Shown here piece by piece: positions 12,531 to 23,660 of a DNA stretch of 64,000 nt. Below the pieces are notes generated by a model that was not told the DNA's origin, did not search any database, and worked only from the letters and a program-made list of their open reading frames with translations. Source of the DNA: Takakia lepidozioides (taxonomy: Eukaryota > Plantae > Bryophyta); NCBI GenBank assembly GCA_030704615.1, contig CM060731.1, forward strand, positions 73,160,001 through 73,224,000. Reading direction: 5' to 3'. Position 1 is the stretch's first letter, and every line of letters starts with the position of its first letter. The position numbers were made by a program, and so were the translations under genes.

Positions 12531-13367
12531 TTCTTATTGGGGGGGGGATAACCTACCCGCTGTAATAGGAGGAGCCATTACACGACCAGCCGCTTGTTTT
12601 GGGACGAACGTACCCTATGCCTTCGTGAAAGTTACTGCATGTATCTGTCATAAGACAGCATCCTTCAAACACTATGGAATCTAATACATCAATAACTAAA
12701 CAACCATCCAAGAGTTCATTTGCTGTTGCCGAACTCTTCATTTTCCTTTGCCAGATTTTGAGCTGGAAAATGGGTCAGCTACTTGTACAGAGGAATAACA
12801 AGGGTAAATCCGAAAATTTGCCCAAAAACGCACCATCCCAGCTTATATATGCTGAATTTGCTTGCATAACACTCGAACTCCAAGCCATCTTTTGACTAAC
12901 AATCTTCTTGACAAGGCTGCAATCTCTCTCCCCAAGTGTCCCTTGGGTCCGTTGTGCCTCCCTACCGGTAGTTGAATATCAGGAGTCTGAATTTGCCATC
13001 ATGGACCCATTAAAGTGTACCACCTGTAGCCACTTCTCTAACCCAGCCACCTGGGGTAGAATTCGCATGTGGCCCAGGCTGTGGCGATTTTGGAAAAACG
13101 AAACAGTAAAAACACTGGAGCCATCCCTGCCGCTACCATAGCACTATAGGGCTGCCACCACCGGAACATTCCAAGAACATTCTATTCAGTGTTACATTGT
13201 GCAAACGCTCAGACTGATAGATATTGGAGGGGGGATCCGTTTTGTCCAATGGTTCACAGATCAGACCGAAGAACACTGATTTCCTCGAGTTCATTTGAAA
13301 GGGAGGGATGGAAGGACGGCGAGAGAGGGGGAGAGAGTGAGAGAGTGTGTGCGCAGGAGCTCTCGGG

Positions 13368-13747
13368 ATGGATACGCTAATGCAGATCAGTCAGGAAGAA
13401 GCGACGAAACTTGGGGAGGGTTGGATTAAGGCCTGGAACTCACACAACGTGGACAAAATATTGTCATACTCTGATCCCAACATCCTGTTCGTGTCGCCAA
13501 TGGCGTTAGAATTATCGGTGTCGGATACCGGGATAGTGCGGGGGATTGATCAGCTGAGGACTTACTGATTCTCTTTCCAAATCTCAAGTTCAAATTGTTC
13601 CATGTGTTTGTGAGCCTCTCCAGTGTGATCATCTTCTACCAGAGTCTGAATGACATCTTGGCTGCGGAGGCTATGGAGATCGACCCAGCGACAAAGAAGA
13701 TTACTCGGGTGGTGGCTCATTACAAGAACGACAAGCGGGGCCGCTGA
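13368..13747 (+). pseudogene. SnoaL-like duplicate, pseudogenised
   Basis: Near-identical to 8248-8640, but TTCGAAAACGCGTTGG is replaced by TGA (net 13-nt loss), giving a stop at 13566-13568 and a frameshift. Confidence 0.9.
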
Positions 13748-13999
13748 ATCCCACTACACCGCCGTGATCTCTCTTCTCTTCCATTTCAAGGCATGAGCAG
13801 CACAATAGGTCTTCCACAAAACCCTGTAGTAGTTCCCTTCTTAGGTTCAACACGGATTAGCTCAGTGTTGCACTGTTCAGATACCACACCAGTGTCATAG
13901 AATTCAGGAATGTAGAGAGAAGAAGCAGAAATAAACTATCACTTCCACAGGACGCCCTTATGGCTTAGAGAGAGAGAGTGAGAGATTTTCTGATTGATA

Positions 14000-15200
14000 A
14001 AGTGTACTGGAAATACAACCAATTCACTGTGGTTCTGGGACAGTGACTGTGATAGATATTGTGCTTTGTCATAGCAGGGTTTGCTTCCTTACATGAATAC
14101 ATCTGGCAGTTTGCATGTGAAGTATGTTCATTTGGCTGTTATGATGGAATAGCACTGTAACTGACCTTGGGAATGATACCTCTGGAACAGGGCAACAACT
14201 GCAGTGAATCTTTCATGGAGCTGACCCCGGTGTGCCCAGTGGTTTTTCACTGCTTTGTGTAGATACTCCAGGTAGGTTACAATACAAGTGGTGAATTACT
14301 TCCCATCCACATACTTCCCGTAAAGAAGCACAGGGAGTTGCAGGAGCTCACATCAACGGATGTTGCCTGCCTTGTCTCTTTCCCTGAGATCCCTTCTCTG
14401 CAATACAGACACTACATAACAGAAATTTCTGCATCATGTCAATTGCTTCAACACACCACAAACTATACATGAAGCTGCTCCTCATTTTACTTGCATGTCC
14501 TCTCCCTTCAATATGAGTTGTGTGGCTGTTTGATTTGCCTGTATGACTTGCACTGGAAAGTTGCCTATGATGGAAGTAGTTAAGAGCCCGTAACCGGGGC
14601 ATCGATATCTGAGCGCACTGCAATGCTTCAGCAGCCCTGCCGTCAAAATAGAACCATGCACATAGAATCATGGCTGTTTGATTTGCGTGTATGATTTGCC
14701 AGAAAGTGGCCTGTGATGGATGTAGTTCAGAAGGGATCTCTGTATCATCACATGCTTGAGCTGCCCTGCCTTCCGAATAGAACCATACACATAGAATCCT
14801 CAACAAGTCTCATTGTGGCAACAGGCAAGGGACTCAAAAGAACACCTCATGTTCACTGCTCCTACACACACACGCACTTTGAGGGTTGAACCCTACAAGA
14901 CAAATCAGCAATTGAGTAGCAATGTCTGGCTAAATTCCCCTTCATCGGAGGCTCCCAGAGCTTGTCTGGAGTCCCATTTCCTTGACCAATTTTCATGTGA
15001 CAGTCAAACAATCTTGCATACAATCCAGCCAGTTTATCACCGTAAATCTGATAGAATTGGACTTCAAATCTTCAAGCCAAAGCTTGTGACATGATTAGCT
15101 CTTACATCTGTGCCTGAATGATATGAATCTGTGATTCATACGGGTACCTGAGAGTGACTGACTCTCATCTTCGAGGTAGCCACTAAGAATATCTCAACAT
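14000..15200 (-). pseudogene. Possible highly degenerate PPR remnant (shorter version at about 8950-9900)
   Basis: Repeated fragments GRAAQA/GRAAEALQC...M and LHPSQATF recall PPR helix motifs; many stops and frameshifts. Confidence 0.3.
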
Positions 15201-15256
15201 ATGTGGAGTGATTAAAGAATGTCTTGCCCAAATGATGGGCACTGGTTAAAGTCGAA

Positions 15257-17746
15257 TCATCGAAGAGAGGAATCGGGATCTGTAGCTTTGGCTTTCAAGT
15301 ACTCGTATGCTTCAGTTATCTGCATACAAAACGTGATGGCTATCAGCAAGACCGAACATCATGGCATCATGATATGACCTGCACCCGTGAGCCACACTCA
15401 GTGGAAATCGAAGAGTTGAACCATAAAATGAGCTTATGGATGCAAGAAGTGAGACAGCAACTGTGCTATTCTAAAGTTGTTGCCCGCCCTGCTCTTAACT
15501 TTTGAAATCCACCTTACTATCCAAATTTGAGTGCCTCCAGGATAAGATCTGATTGAAGACTATTCGCAGTCTTTCTTGTATGATTACATACCAAAGGGAG
15601 CATTCTACACTATTCTCAAGTCATCCTACAAACTCGTAGGTCAAAGTTACAATTGTGAAGAAATGTGAGTTGTGACCTTTAGAAAGATAGCTTGAGCATG
15701 TTCCTTATCCTTTGGAGGATGCTTATCTGGATGCCTGCACTGACAACGACCAATCTTCAATAACTGTATCTTTCCTTGGCAGATCAACTCAGAGTGAAAA
15801 GCTTATGATAACAGGCAGTAGTACATTCATTAAGAATGTGCAAACCTGCAAATCACAATCAATCGTCACTGTAACTGCAGCTGATGCATTAATTAGAGGA
15901 GGATTGAACGGAAGGATCAAAGGTCTCTGGATTGTCCAACTTGACATGAGAGGGAAAGAGAGAATGCACGCATGAGCCGTCGTTTGCCGTAGCCTTTTCG
16001 ACATAGACCCTGTGCACAGTTTGGGCATAAAAAAAGAGAGATAGAGAGAAAAAAAAGTCCGTGAGAGGCCCACAGGAGCAAGGGACTTAACATAACATAA
16101 CCATAGACGAACTTTGGCAGATGACAGAACACAATGAAAAGAACTTGTTGAATGTGGCTCCAAGGTGGAGTGCCTCCTCCTGGTAGGCTGAAAGGCAATT
16201 CCGATTTTCATAGATGTGGGGGAATCTCTGAAGGGACCAATGTCTGCCCTAAATCCTGTAGTACGCAGGGCATGGGAAGAAGAATTGGTTCTAGGTCCAC
16301 TTCACCTGTGGAGACTGAGAAGTACTACTGTAGTACTGAAACAAACCAAAGAACATCTCAAGCGTGGCAAGAAGGGAGAGAGAGAGAGAGAGAGAGAGAG
16401 AATGTACTCATAAGCCGGTGTTTGCCGTAGCCTTGTGGCCATCGACCTCGTGCCCAGTTTGACTGGAAAGAGAGAGAGAGAGAGAGAGAATGTGGATATG
16501 TGAACATGGACCTGCTTACCATTCTATTGCCAGCTTGTGGAAAGCACTTTTGATATCCTCAAGGGAGGCCTGCTGTGTGATACCCAAAATGGCATAATAG
16601 GACTTCTCCGTATTAGAGGCATCTGGTGGTAATGGTACACCAAACAGCTCAACTGTCACTACAACACTCAGCATTACTCCAAAAATCAAAGGCCATTTGA
16701 GTTCCCACCAGGCTTTCCTGCGGACTTTTCCTATGTACCTGCAATTGATGACAAGAGAATCAGCTATGTGAGCTCCATTGACATCTACAAAGAGCCATGC
16801 AGATTGATCTCCAAAAGTGTAAAAGTACAATATCTGCTGTGCAACTTCACAATAATAGGGGGACAGTATGTGACCAATTAATGATCGTTCAATCTTGGCT
16901 CATGTTCGTTTCCGATCCGTGCGTTCTTCCCGTGAAGTCGAAAGGAGATGAAATTGCGACAGAGTAGGAAAATTGCTCTTTGCTAGGTAAGTGAAACCTA
17001 ATGACGATGACGCAGCATGACTGCAATGCGTATGATAATTGATGATCAGCATTGTCAATCAAAGCATTTGGAAAAAGAGACAATCATTTTCCAAGACTAT
17101 GTTCCTACAATAGATCCTTCCAATTAGTCAAATTTCTAGCTGGATGAGCTTAAGTGCTTACAGCAATCCTTGTCGACAGCATTGCATATCCACTCATCGG
17201 AGGGACTTGTAATTCTAGCTAGAATCACAAGTACTAATTAGCAAGGGTTCCAAACTGCCTAGGATTGCCGAAAACATTGCTGGCTTAGTCAGCGACCCAG
17301 CGACCCTAGCCTCTGGATATTTCCCACTCGAGGGTCAAAGTTGAAATCTCAAATCAGACAATCAATCGGCATGATGGCTTTCAATGCTGCTTGAATCTTT
17401 CTCGAAATTCTGTCTTCCAGACCTTCGGCACATTTCGAGCTTTTGAATTTCTTCTGTCAGGTATCTTTCTGGCTAACTACGAGCACAAAGCACCTTCACA
17501 TTCATCGGGAAAAACGTCAGATATATCTAAAACCTACCTGATAAATGAGAGCATGTGTCTACAAATACTGTTCTACAAAACAGGCCGGGGAAGCGAAAAG
17601 TACCTAGGCAAGCCACATACAAGAAGATAAGCAGTGTGCAGCAGCGACAGCAGCAAGGGGAGCAAGACGTAGTAGGCAACGAACAGGGAAAACGCTAGTG
17701 TCATTACCAAGCCGGCTGTGAGCTGCACGCCCCAGACCTCCGCCAT
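15257..17746 (-). CDS. Membrane-anchored DnaJ protein with C-terminal J domain, about 160 aa; exons 17746-17604, 16738-16520, 15734-15677, 15319-15257
   Basis: Hydrophobic N-terminal segments, then [32 protein letters not shown]...AQAIFLK-ITEAYEYLK with the HPD motif; splice phases consistent. Confidence 0.9.
15963..16027 (-). mobile_element. Short 3'-end copy of the (CT)n-associated LINE family, in DnaJ intron 2
   Basis: AATGCACGCATGAGCCGTCGTTTGCCGTAGCC...GACCCTGTGCACAGTTTG next to AG tracts. Confidence 0.7.
16401..16468 (-). mobile_element. Short 3'-end copy of the (CT)n-associated LINE family, (AG)n on both sides
   Basis: AATGTACTCATAAGCCGGTGTTTGCCGTAGCCTTGTGGCCATCGACCTCGTGCCCAGTTTGA matches 3975-4040. 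Confidence 0.85.
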
Positions 17747-17824
17747 CGCTTCTCTCCCTGCCCTTGGTCCTGCCTCGCGGAGGTCGTGTTGGAATGTCCG
17801 CCTTCTTGCTTTCCTGTGCACTTG

Positions 17825-18000
17825 AGCAGGTAGCCCAGTGGTTGGGTATTTGTGCCTTGCCTGTGCATATCCTGGGTGATCCTGGGTTCAATCCCTCAAC
17901 ATGTTCCTTCAGACCGTCCATTGGCCCCTCGATGGGTTGTGTGTTGAGCAGTAGGCTCTGAAAATTCATTGGACGTTAAACAAACTTTATTTTTATTTTT
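17825..18000 (+). mobile_element. tRNA-derived SINE-like element
   Basis: Pol III A box TAGCCCAGTGG (17831-17841) and B box GGTTCAATCCC (17885-17895); no proper cloverleaf; A/T-rich tail. Confidence 0.55.
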
Positions 18001-18225
18001 CTATTACTTTGGTGAAAACCCAGGGATAAATGTATTTGAATACACCCTTCCTCTAAAGTACAAATTGTTTAGCTACTGTTTCTTTCCTTTGTCTTCATTG
18101 ATTTCATATAATCTTGTATTTCGGATAGTGTGATCGCTATGAGACGCAACCGACCTCTTTTTACTGTAGATGATCTTGATTATAGTGTGAGAGATGCAAC
18201 CTTTTGAGTGTATTATTTTGAGTAG

Positions 18226-20281
18226 GTATGGAAACTTTGAGAATGAGATTCTGTTGAAGGAGGCAACCTTCCATCATGTCGACAGTGACCGAGGGTTGCT
18301 TGCTGTCAAGCGCATGAACTTTATCCATAGCCATTACAAAATTCCGAATGAAGACTACCTCTATGTTCTCTCGCTCTTCATTTGGGAGCCTCAGCGATGG
18401 GTCCAGAGGTAATTTGCTAGTAAAGTTTCTTGTCCCTTTTTATTAACCTATTTCTGTAAACCTTTAAATTTGAAATTGCCATAATGCTTGTGCATCTTGT
18501 CAGATTGATCATCCAGATAGAATGTGAAGATTGATGTTCTGCTAAAATCACCTAAAGTTAATTTGATACGTGTTGCTTTCTTTTCCTCCATGTTGCCTTT
18601 ACTCCACCAGGGTATGTTGGTGACATTAGCATTACGACAGTAATCTTTCCAGCTATGAGCGCTAACCCTCTGGCCATTTGAATTGTATTCTTTGGGATGA
18701 AGAAATATAGATTATAGCAGACCATATTCTTGGAGTCAATTCATCTTTTTTAATGGAGGAAGGGAATAGTGTCTGATGACTCCTTCTGGGGCAGATATGG
18801 CTACAGAGACATGACAAGAGCTGAGAGGGTTGCTGAGTTTGTGGTATGGCGGGATTTGGGTGTGCGCATGGGAATACGGGACATCCCCGCAACTTACGAG
18901 GTATGCTGGTATTGTCTGTTGATATTGATCTCTAGGAATTACTGAACTTACTTTGTATCTTGTAGCTTATGTCATACCCTGTACAAATGAGGTGGCAGAA
19001 CAGAAGGTTCTAAGGAGAGAATTTGGCATGGGAGAAATGAGATGATAGAAGACCTGACATTCCCATAGCTTTGTGACTGATGTCTGTGGTGGATATCAAC
19101 TCAGGCTGCTGTGCACCAGGGGATTGAGAGAGACATATCCATTTACCCGAATCCCCTGTGGCCACAAGTTATGTTAAAGTATTGAAGTGGCAAAGTGCTA
19201 CAAGCCTTTCATAGCCAATTGCGGTCGACACTATGCATGTGCTCAGACTTAGCTAGGAACGTCGTTGTTGTTCATAGCAAACCACTATCCGATCCTTGAA
19301 GATCTATGGACCTTCAACATTTACTTCATCATGCTGTTAAATCCAATACTAGTCGTGCGACTCTCCACCTAGCACGAATCTTACACCTGCAGGTTGAGAG
19401 ATAATCGTGCGCACTGACCTTTCCCTGAAAATGTTGGCTATGACATCCTTGAGCTTTAGTCCCTGTGGGATTCCCGTTTCTACTCTTGCAGAGCCTGTGG
19501 TGGGGTTTCTAAAACCAGTTCTCCTAAACCCAACCTGAAATGAAGTGCAGTTACAGGGGATCGAGTGTTGATGTAAAGACTCATAGATCTGACACTGGAA
19601 GACATGCCAGCACTGCGCGAACCTGACACTTGCGGCTATAGTTAAACTGCAAATCATGCTGTGTTTAGGAAAGGATCAGGGGCAGGTTGCGGGAGGGAGA
19701 GAGGGAACAAGGGGAGGATGGCTCACTTCTCTACCCTCTAGTCCTGATCAGTTGTGTATCTCCAGGAACTTGAGAAGATGCAGTTTGAATATGAGAAGGC
19801 ACACATGGCGTATGATGATACCAATCGCAAGTTTGCTGATAACACAGTGAACATCCTTCTCAGCCGATTGCCACGTTTGATGTGGCCCCTGGCCCGCCGG
19901 CTCCTCTATGCCATGCTGGATGACCGAATGAACAAGGCCTTTGGGTACCCTCCACAACCTGTCTGGCTTCAAGCTCTCGTTCATGTTGTTTTGAAGTTCT
20001 GCGCTGGAACTTTTGTCTCCGTGTGTCTTCCTCCCAGACCATTTGCTTGGGCGGTTGACCGCATCACTATCGATAGGAATGACCAAGGGGAGAGATTTAA
20101 TCCAGAGCAGTTGCGCAAACTAGCATTCAATCGATTCCCAGGGAGTCCATATGACAATGGATATAAGCTTACAGAACTGGGAGTACACACACCAGGCCAA
20201 CTGGGGACCACTGGGAGTGGGGACCTCTCTGTCCACTTCAAAGCAGCTATTTCACGGCCCCTTGGCCGCCGAAATGATTGA
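18226..20281 (+). CDS. ER-bound oxygenase MpaB-like / DUF2236 family protein, apparently missing 5' exon(s); exons 18226-18408, 18795-18900, 19766-20281
   Basis: AVKRMNFIHSHYKIPNEDYLYVLSLFIWEPQRWVQR-YGYRDMT...WRDLGVRMGIRDIPATYE...MLDDRMNKAFGYPPQP are family-typical motifs; splice phases consistent. Confidence 0.8.
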
Positions 20282-20699
20282 TGCCAAAGGCATCATTGCA
20301 TGTTTTTACAGTGTCTGGATTGAAGGGGAAAGATTCACTGTCTGATCCAATCTGTGCCATAGTCTCAGTTTGAGTTACACCTGGGGTCAACTTTGATGGA
20401 TCCATTTCCCTTCCAACAAGAGTGAAGGCAAAACCAGCCTGTTGAACACTTACAAGGCTCTGAATATGAAGGATTTGCGGGAGTAATGGAGGGGAATGGA
20501 GCTCCAGGCAACTCTGGTCACGCGGCTTCCAAAGTCGTCGTTCTCCTTCGTTACTACTTACTCGTCCTCTGACCTAAGTCCGGACATATTTGTTGTGCTC
20601 CACATTCGGACTGAAATTGAACATTATCTACAATATGTCGTTAATTAATTATTTATTTTTTAATTTAGAGAAGAGGGACGGAGGCCTCGAAATTTTATA

Positions 20700-21775
20700 A
20701 AATAGTGGATATAAAGATTCCCTTGAATACAGAGGTCAGAGTGGAAAAAATAACCACTTATGAGGGCTTAGTGAATGGCTCTCATATGGGCTTTCATGAT
20801 GAAAGCTGGGATACAATATGGAAAAAAACCAGACCTTCTAAGCTCTCAGCTTTCTTGTTGCAGATAGCAAACAGAGTGCTGAAAGTAGGGGAGTGTTGGG
20901 ATTCGATAGCGCGTTGCAATGTAAATGTTGCTCTGCAACAATCTAGGAGACTCGGGAACACTGCCTGCTTCACTGCCCCGTCCCTCATATGGCCACTTGT
21001 CAAATCCTTCTACCATTCCTGGGACAATAGCCACTTGGGGCCATTGCCATTATGCTAAATTATGACCAGATACCCTAAGAATGGCACCTATGGAGGGCAA
21101 GATGCAAAAGAACCTTCTCTGGAACAACGTGTTCAATATCTACCCTCCTCCCTCCTGTCTGCTGTGTACTATGATTTGCTAATAGAAGCAAGGAAAGCTT
21201 GGATCAAACTATGTGGTGACATTAAGAAAAACCCCCAAAACGTAGGCCAGGTACACCTCGCCTTCCCAGCCACCTGGGCCCACCAGGGCATTATCTACAC
21301 AAACACTTCCAGAGACCATTGCCAATGGAACAGGCTCCCTCCGCCCGATTGGTGCAACATCCAAACCTCACTCCATCGCATCGCCTGAGTTTGATAGGGA
21401 GAGGGACGTGAACTGGAAACACTTCAAATAAGCTTCCAAGCCCTCTCGGCTCCACTTCCGCTGATGATCTTTCAGCTCTTCAATGCACTAGACTAGATGG
21501 AATCTCGGGTAGTGCAGGAGCCATAGGCTCAAGGGACATAATAAGCTAGACACGATTGACTTTGGTAAATATTGCAATATGCATTGGCTGGCCAGATACG
21601 CTTTTACTCCGCAGGGAGTAGATAGGTTTGAACAATCACTCACATCGGTGTGTGTGCCTCATGGCGAGATGGAAGGTTTTAATTTTTTTTCACTCTAATA
21701 ATTTATAATAAAATATACCAGGGTCCTATCCCTGTTAATTTTTTAAATTAATAATAATAAAATAATAATAATTGG
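20700..21775 (+). mobile_element. Degenerate LINE (L1/Tx1-like) 3' fragment
   Basis: WDTIWKKTRPSKLSAFLLQIANRVLKVGE resembles the zf-RVT region; frameshifted; ends in an (AAT)n/A-rich tail. Confidence 0.6.
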
Positions 21776-21784
21776 GTTTTTAAG

Positions 21785-22370
21785 TCTCGTGTGGCCAGGC
21801 AGTGCACAGACCGCACAAACGTGGGGTCGTCCATGCCTTCCCCCATCTACTCGTGGGTCCGGGTATGCTCGGGTCTACTAGGGACTTCGAGAATTTTTTT
21901 GGGTCTGCTCCAGGCAGCGCGCACGGACACACAAACGCGAGGTTGTCTCGCCTTCCCCATCCCCACTCGGGGGTCCGGGTCTGCTTTTCAAAAAATTCTC
22001 GGGTCTGCTCCAGGCAGCGCACTGACGCACAAAGGCGGGGTCGTCTCGCCTTCCCCTATCCACTCGCGGGTCCGGGTCTGCTCGGGTGGTCTACTCGTGG
22101 GTCTACTCGTGGGTCCGGGTCTGCTGGGACTTAGAAAATTTCTCAGGTATGCTCGGGCGGGCTGAGATCTGCTCAGGACTTAGAAAATTTTCCGAGAAAA
22201 CTTGCCCGTTAAAAGACCATTATTAATGCATATGCAACACCATCCAGAGACTTAGAAAATTTCTCGGGTATGCTCGGGCGGGCTGGGATCTGCTCGGGAC
22301 TTAGAAAATTTTCCAGGAAAACTCATCCGTTAAAAGACCATTATTAATGCATATGCAACGCCATCTCACA
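21785..22370. repeat. GGGTCCGGGTCTGCTC-rich repeat cluster including two tandem units of about 120 bp (22129-22367)
   Basis: Reiterated GCCTTCCCC...CACTCG.GGGTCCGGGT.TGCT and duplicated GACTTAGAAAATTTCTC...ATGCATATGCAAC. Confidence 0.8.
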
Positions 22371-23660
22371 GATATCAATACACCCAACCACCACACTACT
22401 CTCTACTTGTTTCTACAACAACAATATTTTTATGTGTTAACCTAGAAAACAACTAGAGTCAGCCCCAACGTGGCCTAGGAGGGAGGGAATGCTAGATCGT
22501 GAGCCTATGAGCCTGTGAGCCAGCAAAGGCTCACGCCATGTCAGTCAGCTTTGAATTTCGAACTTACAGGGTGTATTTCCACGGTAAGTGCCTATTTCCG
22601 CGGAGGTATCACAATTGGCCGGAGGCCTATATACCCATACCAGCCTGGTGTGTTCAAAATGCGATACCAGTCCAACACTGATACCAGTCCAACACTACTC
22701 TCTACCTCCATTGTGCATGAAAACATATATGCATGCCGCTAACTGCCCTCCCTGACAATGACCTCTTCATTGCATGGCATTGCAACCGTCAACCTATGTG
22801 TTCAAATAGTCCCCTCCAATTCCCCATTCTTTACTATCTAGAAGCACCTTCAAGTCTACAATATAGAAGGTTACCCAATTCCTGGGCATGCACCATCCTC
22901 TTTAGTTGATTTCATTTTTTCAAATGCTGATTATCAGTGGGTACTAAAATTTTGATTGACTGATACTTTGAATTGGTAAGTACCGTAGGTTAACGAAAAA
23001 AGTAAAAACAAACCATAGTCCTATCCTTCTCTTTTAGGGTAGAGAACAACTTGAAAACCTCCCCATTGATTTTGCATTTCACTACATCAAAATTATCAAA
23101 CAATACCAATCCCTTTTTCTAAACCCAAAGGAACACCTTATCCGCATGTTGTGCGGCTATCTACATTACACTTCTCCAAGAATAGTCATTTTGAAATATA
23201 GGAACAAGAGAAGCCAGAGACATAGCCCAAGGAGAATATATGGAGCGCTAGAAGGTAGCTCCTATTTAAATGGATGAATATCAATTGGATTTCCATGAGA
23301 GATGTAAAACATATAACAAATTGAGTCAATGGGATCCCATCAACACTATTCCTGAAATCAAAGAAATTATCTACCATCATAGCATGTGATGTGCATGCAT
23401 GTACAACTTGGCTATAATTATAGCACCCATGAGCAATACCGGCGGGCGAGAACTGTAGAGAGAGGCATCATTTACTCATGAAAGCCTTGTGCCTCTATAT
23501 CAACATTTGCTCCACCAACAACTAAGTAGCAACGGGGTTGTGGGAATGGAATAGCATTTTAAAATCACAAGTGGGGAGGTGGTGACGCGGCACCGTACCA
23601 CTTGGCAATGCTGTCATGATACATTTGTATTGGGGGCCATGGCATTTGTGCTCCTGCCTT

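Larger units (their letters stand above)
13115..15250 (+). repeat. Segmental duplication, copy 2
   Basis: Colinear with 8010-9920, with extra sequence around 14260-14400 and 14530-14790. Confidence 0.9.

Noticed and set aside
19349-19657. Antisense gene nested in the MpaB-like intron
   Set aside because: No recognisable domain and no companion exons
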